A stretch of 64,000 bases of DNA from Octopus bimaculoides (Eukaryota), in assembly GCF_001194135.2 (NCBI RefSeq), contig NC_068988.1, positions 49,685,007-49,749,006 of the forward strand, written 5' to 3'. Of the stretch, positions 39,516-50,690 are shown piece by piece. Under the pieces are notes generated by a model. That model did no database searches, had not been told where the DNA came from, and saw nothing but the letters and a program-made list of their open reading frames with translations. The first letter of the stretch is position 1. Each line of letters opens with the position of its first letter. The position numbers were made by a program, and so were the translations under genes.

Positions 39516-40112
39516 TCTTCAAAAATAACCGCAAAAATTTTTACAGGGCGATAGGGAAAGTAGCAGTTACAGTAAAGTCTGTCCCATCAAAAGAAGTACA
39601 GGAATTTTGGAATAAAATTTGGGCAGAAGAAAAAAAACACGCAATGAAAAGATCCCTTGGATTGATAGAATATCTACAGACTTACATTCCTTAGAAGAGC
39701 AAAAGTAAGAGAGTATCAAGGTAGAGGATGTAAGATCTGCTCTCAAGAAGTCAAGCAAATGGAAGTCTCCAGGAAAAGATAAAATTCCTAACTACTGGTT
39801 GAACGCCTTCCCAGAGAACCATGAACTGCTAACAAAACTTTACAAGAATGTTTTGCAACAAGCTAGTAGGATTCCCTCTTGACTAGTTAACAGTGTAACA
39901 TTCGTCCTCCCAAAACATGCAGGAACAAATGAACCAAAAATTATAGATCCATAACCTGCTTAACAACAATGTATAAAATGCTAACATCTGTCTTGACTGA
40001 ATATACCCATAGTTTTTTAATAGTAGGTGGTATATTTCTTAATGAGCAAAAAGAATGTAAACGTGAATCCTATGGTTGTAAAGATCAGTTACTCATCAAT
40101 AAGATGATTTTG
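39515..40112 (+). mobile_element. R4/Dong-like RT N-terminal fragment
   Basis: Peptide EFWNKIWAEEKK, KWKSPGKDKIPNYWL, LPK...TNEPK.(Y)RSITCLTTMYKMLTS, EQKECKRESYGCKDQLLINKMIL. Few disruptions. It starts right after a (TAA)n tract. Confidence 0.85.
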
Positions 40113-40245
40113 GCACGAGATCAGGAATAGTAGGTGAGGAGCGTAGATGGTAAGATCGACTTCAATACTCAATGCAAGGTAAATGATAATATATTTGCCT
40201 GTATCTACATGTGTACCTATATATATATATGTGTGTGTGTGTCTT

Positions 40246-40570
40246 GGCACTCCGTCGCTTACGACGTCGAGGGTTCCAGTTGATCCGATCAACGGAACAG
40301 CCTGCTCGTGAAATTATCGTGCAAGTGGCTGAGCAATCCACAGACACGTGTACCCTTAACGTAGTTCTCGGGGATATTCAGCGTGACACAGTGTGACAAG
40401 GCTGACCCTTTGAATTACAGGCACAACAGAAACAGGAAGTAAGAGTGAGAGAAAGTTGTGGTGAGAAAGTACAGCAGGGTTCGCCACCATTCCCTGCCGG
40501 AGTCTCGTGGAGCTTTAGGTGTTTTCACTCAATAAACACTCACAACGCCCGGTCTGGGAATCGAAACCGC
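40246..40570 (-). mobile_element. SINE family C, head lost in a gap
   Basis: Collinear with 5310-5630. Confidence 0.9.
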
Positions 40571-41778
40571 NNNNNNNNNNNNNNNNNNNNNNNNNNNNNN
40601 NNNNNNNNNNNNNNNNNNNNNNNNNNNNNNNNNNNNNNNNNNNNNNNNNNNNNNNNNNNNNNNNNNNNNNNNNNNNNNNNNNNNNNNNNNNNNNNNNNNN
40701 NNNNNNNNNNNNNNNNNNNNNNNNNNNNNNNNNNNNNNNNNNNNNNNNNNNNNNNNNNNNNNNNNNNNNNNNNNNNNNNNNNNNNNNNNNNNNNNNNNNN
40801 NNNNNNNNNNNNNNNNNNNNNNNNNNNNNNNNNNNNNNNNNNNNNNNNNNNNNNNNNNNNNNNNNNNNNNNNNNNNNNNNNNNNNNNNNNNNNNNNNNNN
40901 NNNNNNNNNNNNNNNNNNNNNNNNNNNNNNNNNNNNNNNNNNNNNNNNNNNNNNNNNNNNNNNNNNNNNNNNNNNNNNNNNNNNNNNNNNNNNNNNNNNN
41001 NNNNNNNNNNNNNNNNNNNNNNNNNNNNNNNNNNNNNNNNNNNNNNNNNNNNNNNNNNNNNNNNNNNNNNNNNNNNNNNNNNNNNNNNNNNNNNNNNNNN
41101 NNNNNNNNNNNNNNNNTATATATATATATATATATATATATATGAATTTATATATATATACAAGTATACACACATACATGTACATATATATACATAAATA
41201 TACAGTCACGATTGCCAAAATTAAGTTAATTAGGAACACATATATAGAATTAATACAACCAATTATTAGTTAATAACGTAGCAAATTGAATTGAAAATGG
41301 AAGAGATATACGAATGTCTATGTTAATAAACTTGTACATACCATATATGTCGTGCGATATAGTTTGTATTGGGTTTGTCGTGACATTATTTCGTTATACG
41401 CTTGCTTGGGATTATAAAACCGACGTGTATATTTTTTGCTAAGGGTCGCTAGTTGAACCACTAGTTCAATTAGGCAACTGATTGGGAGTCAACAGAGCTG
41501 TGGGACTTCGAATCCCAGCCTATCAGATCTATCTACTTATCTATGAATCTCTTTCCGTTTTCCTCTTTATTTCTTTCTGTCTTTCTGTCCTTTCTTTCTT
41601 TCTTTCTTTCTTTCTTTTTGTCTGTCTTTCTTTCTTATCTTTTCTCTCTCTCTCCCCACTCACTCTTGCTGAAAAGTTTCTTTGGTTAGAAAGACATGTA
41701 TGTGTGTATGAGTGTGTGCGCGCGAACGTGTTCATGCATATATAACTGTGTATTTATCTGTATATATATATGTATATG

Positions 41779-41817
<39 letters not shown>

Positions 41818-41962
41818 ACAAACACATACACGAACACACACACACACACACACACGCACACACACACATATGTATATATATATATATATAAATTATAAGG
41901 CAGCAAAAAAAAATTTTAGAAATTTTATTTACATATGACTCGTGTTCATATGTTGTCTGGTT

Positions 41963-42037
41963 ATTCCGCTGAAGATAGTTCGACCATTGTAAGGTATATT
42001 ATTATCTTGCTAAAATGACTTGAAACCATGGTACGGA
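41963..42037 (+). ncRNA. Candidate type I hammerhead ribozyme with an intact catalytic core
   Basis: UCCG-CUGAAGA-[46 nt stem II hairpin]-GAAA-CCAUGG-UA-CGGA. Predicted cleavage is after GUA at 42033. Confidence 0.6.
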
Positions 42038-42417
42038 TTATAGATTGGTAAATGTTTTTATTTTTCATTCCTTTTCGAAATTATCCCTATTTTTGTGGTA
42101 TGTAGNNNNNNNNNNNNNNNNNNNNNNNNNNNNNNNNNNNNNNNNNNNNNNNNNNNNNNNNNNNNNNNNNNNNNNNNNNNNNNNNNNNNNNNNNNNNNNN
42201 NNNNNNNNNNNNNNNNNNNNNNNNNNNNNNNNNNNNNNNNNNNNNNNNNNNNNNNNNNNNNNNNNNNNNNNNNNNNNNNNNNNNNNNNNNNNNNNNNNNN
42301 NNNNNNNNNNNNNNNNNNNNNNNNNNNNNNNNNNNNNNNNNNNNNNNNNNNNNNNNNNNNNNNNNNNNNNNNNNNNNNNNNNNNNNNNNNNNNNNNNNNN
42401 NNNNNNNNNNNNNNNNN

Positions 42418-42474
<57 letters not shown>

Positions 42475-42826
42475 TACACACACACAAAATCATGCAGGCA
42501 CATGCATACGCTTACCCACAATCATCCACAGTCATATGTATGCAAGAATATTTCTGGCGGGTATATTTGATCAAATCAACATCAGTTATTATTTTAAGTC
42601 TGTTACTTACTCCCCCACCTTTCTCTCTCTTTATGCAATCGCTAGATCTTACGCACGTAAACAAACCAACACCGGAGGTCATGTGGTGAGGAGCAAATAC
42701 AATTACAATTACGCGTGCACGCACACGCACAATCTATCTTTTTATCTCTCTCTCTCTCTCCTTTTCTCACAATCACGAACACATGCACACACACACTTAC
42801 ACTTACACATTCACAGATGCACACGC

Positions 42827-42884
<58 letters not shown>

Positions 42885-43073
42885 CTTCAAATACTTAAAT
42901 CAAAGGATATTAAAGTGAAGACCCTGAAGAAACTGTATTATAGTAAGGCCGCAAGGTTGTAACTGCAACGGTTATTAATCGATGCAGTAGAAACATTTGA
43001 AGAAATATATAGATATATTAAGGAATTAAAGGTAATGCTAATGCTACTTCATAATAATCCTTACTATTATTGC

Positions 43074-43124
<51 letters not shown>

Positions 43125-43244
43125 CATTATTATTATTATCATCATTATTATTATCATCATTATTATTTATCTATCTATTTATCTGTCTATCTATCTGTGT
43201 CTCTGTCTGTCTCTCTATTCAATTCTCGATAGTTTCTCCCCCAT

Positions 43245-43370
43245 CTTATTCGGTGGGGGTGATATCTTTGTCAGGTTGGACTACCATATTCCAGAACATT
43301 GTTCCCAAGTTGTTGTCACGTACCATGTTGGGTACATGTTCATACCATTTATCATTTGTTAATAAAAAGT
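43245..43370 (-). mobile_element. Short R4/Dong-like pre-endonuclease fragment
   Basis: Peptide DKWYEHVPNMVRDNNLGTMFWNMVVQPDKDI is related to the 38690 fragment. Confidence 0.55.
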
Positions 43371-43876
43371 TGCAATGCCTTATTGCCTTCTTGCTTTACC
43401 TAGAAAAAAACCACTGCAGACAATGCAACGCAACACTCAGTAAAAAGCATATTATACAACACAGAACCCCTCGTACAACACACCACATATCAACGACACC
43501 AGGTGCCATATACACACCACACAACACACCACAACCACACAGTATATCTCACAACACACCACATACAACACATCATACAACATACAACTCAACACTACAC
43601 GACCAACCATGCATGAGTCGCTTATCATTCCATAGTTATATGATGTAGGAGGAAAATTAAATCAATCAGGGAGCTTCTAAGTAATCATTCTACCATCTAC
43701 AAAAGTAGCGGTTAAATTCCTCTCATTTCATACTGTGCCGTGTTAATCAAGAATTCAGTACATTTGTTAATGTAGTGTAAGATAGCCATAAAAATACAAA
43801 TGATTACAATTGGAATGTCTTTAATCATAAGTCTACTTGATCAGAGATAGCCAATGGTTAAATAACAAGATCAATA

Positions 43877-43944
<68 letters not shown>

Positions 43945-44021
43945 CGTGATAATGCTATGTATTTCATCATAGCACTCGACTTTAACATACACATAAAAAA
44001 TCATCTAGCATATCCGTCTTC

Positions 44022-44084
<63 letters not shown>

Positions 44085-44453
44085 ACAAACATTTCTTATC
44101 CCACAACACAAATGACCGTTTTGTTCCCAATTTAATCCACTTGAGCATTGGTTCTAAAAACCGACAAATACTAATATCCACTTCCACTCCTCCCAAATAT
44201 TAGTAAAACTCTGGTGTCTAACCTTACTTCTCCACATCTTTTTAAATGAAAAGACAAAATAGAGTTTACATCCATATAATACTTTTTTTCTTCTTTGCTA
44301 TGGTGTTGGACAAGTTTAAAACTTTAATCCATCCAATTTTATTCGACATATCTATTTTTCTAAACTCTTTTCAATCCTCATAGCAACCTCTTATAGGGAT
44401 GCCTCGTCTGAGAAACAATGTCTACAGTCAGCCATCACTACAATACTACATAC

Positions 44454-44704
44454 TTAACCCTTTGACTGCGTAATTTAATTTCATCGTTATTTCTGTAATG
44501 ATGTTAAGTATCCTCCAAAATATAGAATTGGAATTTTCTGTAAATCACGTTGCCTAATAATAAACTTGACATAGTTCAACAAAGGATATTTTCAAACATA
44601 ACATTTCTGAACAAAACATAGATTGATATTTAAAACTGCTTTCCATAATTAAGGGCTATGAAACTTTCACTGGAAATATCTGATTCCCGCAATAAAAGAG
44701 TTAA
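44454..44704. mobile_element. piggyBac-type MITE with TTAA flanks
   Basis: TTAA|CCCTTTGACTGCG ... CGCAATAAAAGAG|TTAA. The terminal repeats match at 10/13 and the body is 243 bp. Confidence 0.65.
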
Positions 44705-45035
44705 GACATAATTTGGATGAAACTTTGTGAATGTAAATTTTCCAGTGGAGTAACGTATAGAACACCTCACAGACAACCCATAATATTATCTAGAGTCGAG
44801 ATAAAATTTCAAGAGGTCAGTCAGTGACGACAGGTAGACTCCGGTCCATGGTCACAGAGTAATCGGATCCCTATTGCCGACTGCTTCATGGAACAATTGG
44901 TGTCCCTGGTTTTAAAAAAAATGGATATTATCAGATGATCTAAACCTAGTGTACTGGTGCAATATGTCTAGATTGTTCTACTACCTATTTCTGACAGTTA
45001 AGAAGACTGATTGATGCACTTTGGTCTGCGGAGGA

Positions 45036-45477
45036 GGAATAAACGAACTTTAGGTTAGTTAAATATGTTTGTGACATATTTTAACTTCTAACAGGCAAAT
45101 TCATTGCAGTTACCGTGGAGAAAAAAAAATCTTTCTTACGGTATAAGGTGTAAAAACACCATATCTTCTCAATATCTTTCCTAAGCGGGCACTCAGATGT
45201 GATTCTGGCACCTTAGCCTTTCTCAGTACGAGATACCGAAGCGAGACAACCTTGGACAGATATGGTGTTATTCCTCTTCGGTATTTCCTGCTGAGAAAAG
45301 CTAAGGAGCCAGAAACGTGTTTGGAAATCTACTAGAGGGAAACATTGGAAAGATATGGGATTTTTACACCTTTTACCACAAGGGAGAATTTTTTCCGCAG
45401 TAACTGCATTGAATCTGCCTTTAGAAGTTAAAATAAATCACAAACCTGTTTTAACTAATTTAAAGTCTGTTTATACC
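45036..45477. mobile_element. Fully palindromic MITE-like element (~440 bp)
   Basis: Outer arms (ATAAAC..ACTTTA...TTTTAACTTCTA...GGTGTAAAAA versus the reverse complement) plus inner arms CTGGCACCTTAGCCTTTCTCAG / CTGAGAAAAGCTAAGGAGCCAG. Confidence 0.85.
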
Positions 45478-45709
45478 CAGATTAATCTGTTCGATACTCT
45501 TGACAGCTAACTGGACTAGCTGGTGGGCTCCTATTCTGAGACTGACATTTCTTCAGGTTTTTCCACTACCTGCTCCTGAAAGCTAGGCGAAGTGTGGCAA
45601 TGTAAAATAAAAGATTTGGTCTCTGGATTCATGAAAAATAATTCAATATCTTATCTGCTCGGCCATCTCGCCTCTCACATATTTGGTTCACACTAATGAG
45701 GGGGTCTCC

Positions 45710-45930
45710 TTTGTGGTCGCTCTACATACAAAAATTAGCGGCAAATATCCTTCAAATGATATCTCATTTTTTTTCGACAAGGCGTGGGCATATAGGCTAA
45801 AGTAATCTTGGACGCCCTCGAAATAAGAGTTTTGCAGGACAATGATATGGAGCTGAAATGCCTTTGATCACAATTCTGCTCAGCCCGCACTGACCTACCG
45901 CTGACCTGGTGCTAAACAATAATAGCAACT
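45710..45930 (+). mobile_element. SINE-like repeat family D 3' part
   Basis: GCTGAAATGCCTTTGATCA...CTGACCTGGTGCTAAACAATAATAGCAAC is the reverse complement of 57335-57420 and ends in an AAC-like tail. Confidence 0.55.
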
Positions 45931-46689
45931 AAAAGTTCCTTTTTATGGAATACAGTAGAAACTGATAAACTGTTGAACCTGACTTAGTGCGGTAGCAGCA
46001 CTCTAAATCTTATTTGAAGCTAAAACCATTTGAAAATGACGGCTTTAGATCTATTTCGGCGTCATTATAATGTCACTGTTGTTATAATTGTTGGTGCTGT
46101 TGTTGGGGATGGGAGAGATGTAGTTGTATTGTTTTAGCTATTTTTACTTTTGTTTCTGCTTTTGTTGGCTTTGTAGGCCTTTTGCTAATATTGTCACATT
46201 TGGGGGATTATTGTAGCTGCGGTTGTTTCACAACCTGGGTTCTGTTTTACGATGACATTAGGGTTGTTAGATGTTTGCTTCTTTTCTCATTGGTGGTGGT
46301 GTAGGTGATGGCGCGTATGAGTTTTGTGTGCCTATTTGGTATTGTCTTTTCTGTTTTGTTGCAATAGTGACCGTTACTCTCATTGAAGGTGGTACGTGTG
46401 CATGTGAGGTTGTTGTTGTTCTTCTTGTTGTTGCTGATGCTGCTGCCGCTGTTGTTGTTATCGTTGTTGTTGTTGTTGCTGTCGTTGTTGTTGTTGCTGT
46501 TGTTATTGTTGAGAGTGACAGCATTATCCTTCAACCACGGTAGTGGTTGAATATATTCTTAAGTCCACCATTTCGTCAATCGCAACAGCTTCCAAGCTTC
46601 ACCACTAATTCAGTTCCCAACTAAATTGCAAACTGTTAACAGTTTTAAAGAGGACACCTCCTCAGTTACACTTTGGCATAAACAGTTTG

Positions 46690-47480
46690 AGATTTGATTC
46701 AGTAGAAAAAAAGTTACATCAAAATATCCTGGAGTTTCTGGATCGCAGCTGCAAGAGTTTCACCATCAATGTTGTATGTCATGGATGGAACGCAGGAGCA
46801 ATAACTTTTTCGGATTTCTTCCAGCCACAGAGCATCCTGGTTAAATTCCTTCTTTTCACTCTAGATTTTTCTCCAGGAATCTATGTCTTCTCGTGAAGGA
46901 GCCTCTGCAATGTTTACTGTTCCTCCTCTCATATCTCTGTATACTGTTGCCTGGTTACGGTTAAATTTTTGTTTATTGTTCTTCTCACGGTTACTCTCTT
47001 CTGATGTCGGAGTTTTTCACTGACAGGTTTTAGCTCCTTCTTGAGGGTAATCAGTGTGCAAGTGAGTGTCCTCTTTTTACTGTCTCCAAACATCATTTCT
47101 ATCTCCTTTACTTTCTGTTGGTGGGACGTATAGTGATTTGCTTGTTTGCATGCAATAAGCATCATTACATGACTGATGGTCTTCCGTAAACCAGTTATCT
47201 TTTTCTGTCTTCAAAACCCATGATGGTACTCTCTTTGTTATTTTGGTTTTGTTTACTTTTTGAATATCGTCCATGTACTGTTTTACAGTAGTAGTCAGAG
47301 CATATAGACAGACGTTAATCTACCAGTATGTGGGCTCATCACACTGTTGTAAATACTCATCACCAATTTCGTCAACAGATTTTAATACCGTATCTGATGA
47401 TTTTCTAATTACTTTAGTAGAGAATACTCTCACCTCAAGGGAGTACTTCAAAGCCAAACTTATTTTTTCTCAGAAAATTT
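46690..47480 (-). mobile_element. R4/Dong-like pre-RT ORF fragment (decayed)
   Basis: Peptides LKKELKPVSEKLRHQKRVTVRRTINK, GGTVNIAEAPSREDIDS and EFNQDALWLEEIRKSY. It abuts the (TAC)n tract at 47515-47605. Confidence 0.6.
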
Positions 47481-47542
47481 CAGTGAGGACACATTTCACT
47501 GGCATATGATCCTGACTACTACTACTACTACTACTACTACTG

Positions 47543-47606
<64 letters not shown>

Positions 47607-47937
47607 AATAATCGTTGCAGCTGTGCCTGCTATTTCCCATAGTCGTAGTAGGGGGACAGTGGTCAGTTACTTGAGCCAGTAATGTAGTTTGGCTGGCAGG
47701 CACTACGGAATCTGTTGGAATGTCGCTACCTGCGAAACCACATGGTGGTCTTATATCATTCATGTTTCTGTTTTTTGTTTATGGAGTTGGGAAGAAGGTT
47801 AATGTTTGATTTTTTTAATACAGTTACAGTTACTAACCTTCTTTCTATGTTCTACAAATGTTGCTTGTTGGCGCAGTTGCTTCGCAGTAAAATGATTTAA
47901 TTCTGTATGTGTGTGTGTATGTATGTATGTATGTATG

Positions 47938-47977
<40 letters not shown>

Positions 47978-48137
47978 CTGACTAATGTGGCCTTCTGAAA
48001 CGACAACTACCATCAACCGAACAAATATAATTATTCTCTGGAAAATGTATCGGATAAATTTTTCTCTTCTCTGATATATATAATGTGTGTATACATGAAT
48101 ATACATTTGTATGTATTAACATACGTAGGTATATGCA

Positions 48138-48168
<31 letters not shown>

Positions 48169-48394
48169 NNNNNNNNNNNNNNNNNNNNNNNNNNNNNNNN
48201 NNNNNNNNNNNNNNNNNNNNNNNNNNNNNNNNNNNNNNNNNNNNNNNNNNNNNNNNNNNNNNNNNNNNNNNNNNNNNNNNNNNNNNNNNNNNNNNNNNNN
48301 NNNNNNNNNNNNNNNNNNNNNNNNNNNNNNNNNNNNNNNNNNNNNNNNNNNNNNNNNNNNNNNNNNNNNNNNNNNNNNNNNNNNNNNNNNNNNN

Positions 48395-48441
<47 letters not shown>

Positions 48442-48625
48442 TATATATATATAAAGATAAACTTACTTGGAAATAGATGCGTGTCGCGCACACATACATA
48501 TGTACACATATATATATTTGTATTTATGTGCGTATATATGTATATACATGTTATATATATGTATGCATGTATGTATGTATGTATGTATGTATGTATGTAT
48601 GTATATATGTATGTATGTATGTATG

Positions 48626-48659
<34 letters not shown>

Positions 48660-48959
48660 TTGAAGTTGGAGTTTGCTGTCATTTTTGGTTTTGTGCGTTA
48701 ATGAGAGAATTTATCAATAGAGACACCCTGGAACTATGAGCTGCAGTAAAGGTCAATCGGTATGGAACTGGTAGGAATACGACGCGGAACTGCTGGAACT
48801 ACGAGGTGCTGTGGACATTCAGGTACAAAATGCCCTAAACGAAATTCTCATTTAAAGGTCACACAATTTGAGGGTTTCTATTTTTTGCTCTCTATTTGGG
48901 AAACGGAACGCTTCATGCGTCGAGCAACTGGTGTCTGTACACACACACGTACACACACA

Positions 48960-49009
<50 letters not shown>

Positions 49010-49378
49010 CGTATGACTGTGTGTATGTGTTTGAGTGTGTGACTGTGATTGTACGTGCGTCACTATATNNNNNNNNNNNNNNNNNNNNNNNNNNNNNNNN
49101 NNNNNNNNNNNNNNNNNNNNNNNNNNNNNNNNNNNNNNNNNNNNNNNNNNNNNNNNNNNNNNNNNNNNNNNNNNNNNNNNNNNNNNNNNNNNNNNNNNNN
49201 NNNNNNNNNNNNNNNNNNNNNNNNNNNNNNNNNNNNNNNNNNNNNNNNNNNNNNNNNNNNNNNNNNNNNNNNNNNNNNNNNNNNNNNNNNNNNNNNNNNN
49301 NNNNNNNNNNNNATATATATATATACATACATATATATATATATAGATATATGTGTGTGTGTGTATGTATATATACAT

Positions 49379-49426
<48 letters not shown>

Positions 49427-49878
49427 CAGTGTGTATATATATATACGTTTGTGTGTGTGTGTACATATACATGTTATATTACGTACGTCTATATTGTTTA
49501 TCACTACGGCAATCGATTCGGAAGAGCACATATAAGTAGGCACATGTTCATCAGAGTATATTTCACACAGCATGATCTCTGCACCATAAACGCATGCATG
49601 GTATTTCCATACCGTGAAACTAAAGAATAATGCATGGAACATGCTGAAATACACACGTGATGTTTATTAGTATCTATACACCTGTATATGTACAGTAATC
49701 TGAATGTGTATTTACACAAGAGCACAAACAGGGATGTGACTCTGTAGTTATATGTTTGCATGTATATGTTTATATAATCATGGCATGTATGTATGTATGT
49801 ATGTATGTATGTATGTATGTATGTATGTATGTATGTATGTATGTGTGTGTGTGTGTGTGTCTGTGTGTACACGTACAT

Positions 49879-50240
49879 AGCGACGAGGACTTACGCATCA
49901 TCATGTACTCCAGAAGAACCCTACTCTTCAGTAAGGGGTCGGCTTGGGCTAAATGATCTGATCTAGAAGGCTCCTTCGATGTGGCAATTGGTGCCTTCGA
50001 CAGTGCTGATGTATGTGACCTCGTCGGTCACTTCATCCTAGATGTACTAAAAAGAGATTCCTTTCAACTGGCTTTGACCTCCAGAGACATGAAGCGCTGG
50101 CAATATTAAGAAGGGCCAACGGTGACATGCTGGATAAGCTCAGGTACCATGAACTCTCTTTGGCTAAAGGTCACAGTAGAAACCAGCCAGAAAATGATAG
50201 AGTTCCTCGACGTGACCCTGAACTTGGAATCTGGTAGATT
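49879..50240 (+). mobile_element. Penelope-like RT core fragment
   Basis: Peptide LRIIMYSRRTLLFS...FDVAIGAFDSADVCDLVGHFIL...QRHEALAIL (degenerate YRDDGL)...IEFLDVTLNLESG. Confidence 0.8.
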
Positions 50241-50244
50241 TGCA

Positions 50245-50690
50245 GAACGCTTCCTAAATACTGTAATTCGAGCATCTTTATCCAACAGGTTCGACTGTTG
50301 CAGACGTGAGGCCAGGACTTCACTCTGTTGCTTAGTAAGTGTTAGATCACGAAATAGATCATTGAGTTCAGGTTGAGTGATGACCCAAACAACTATAAAA
50401 ATATTGAGTGTACTTTTATAATTTTCATAGGTTAGGTTGACAAATACCTTAGGAACACCCCATTAAGATTATATCAAAACACGTTCATAACTTTTAGAGT
50501 TGTCAGTTTCAGCCCAATCCTGTTTGTGCTCAATTCCTATGGAATCATGAGGGTATTTAACGAAAGATGTTAATTTACGAGAAACTGGAGAGTCACAGAA
50601 AGAAAGAAATGTTATATTCGTGATCTACACACAAAATACCCATAGAAAAGGTTATTCTCATTTCGGGTTTTTTTCCATTGTTATACAGTG
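50245..50690 (-). mobile_element. Chapaev3-like DNA transposon 5' end with a transposase fragment
   Basis: The terminus reads CACTGTATAAC on the minus strand and is flanked by TAA (TWA). Peptide ITQPELNDLFRDLTLTKQQSEVLASRLQQSNLL. The family name comes from memory of this motif. Confidence 0.6.

Noticed and set aside
41455-41522. tRNA-like stretch (TAGTTCAATTAGG...TGGGACTTCGAATCCCA)
   Set aside because: The T-loop register is shifted, and D and acceptor stems do not form.
42920-43000. CTGAAGA...GAAA around a 7 bp stem
   Set aside because: There is no U16.1 or NUH triplet and no stem I; likely chance.
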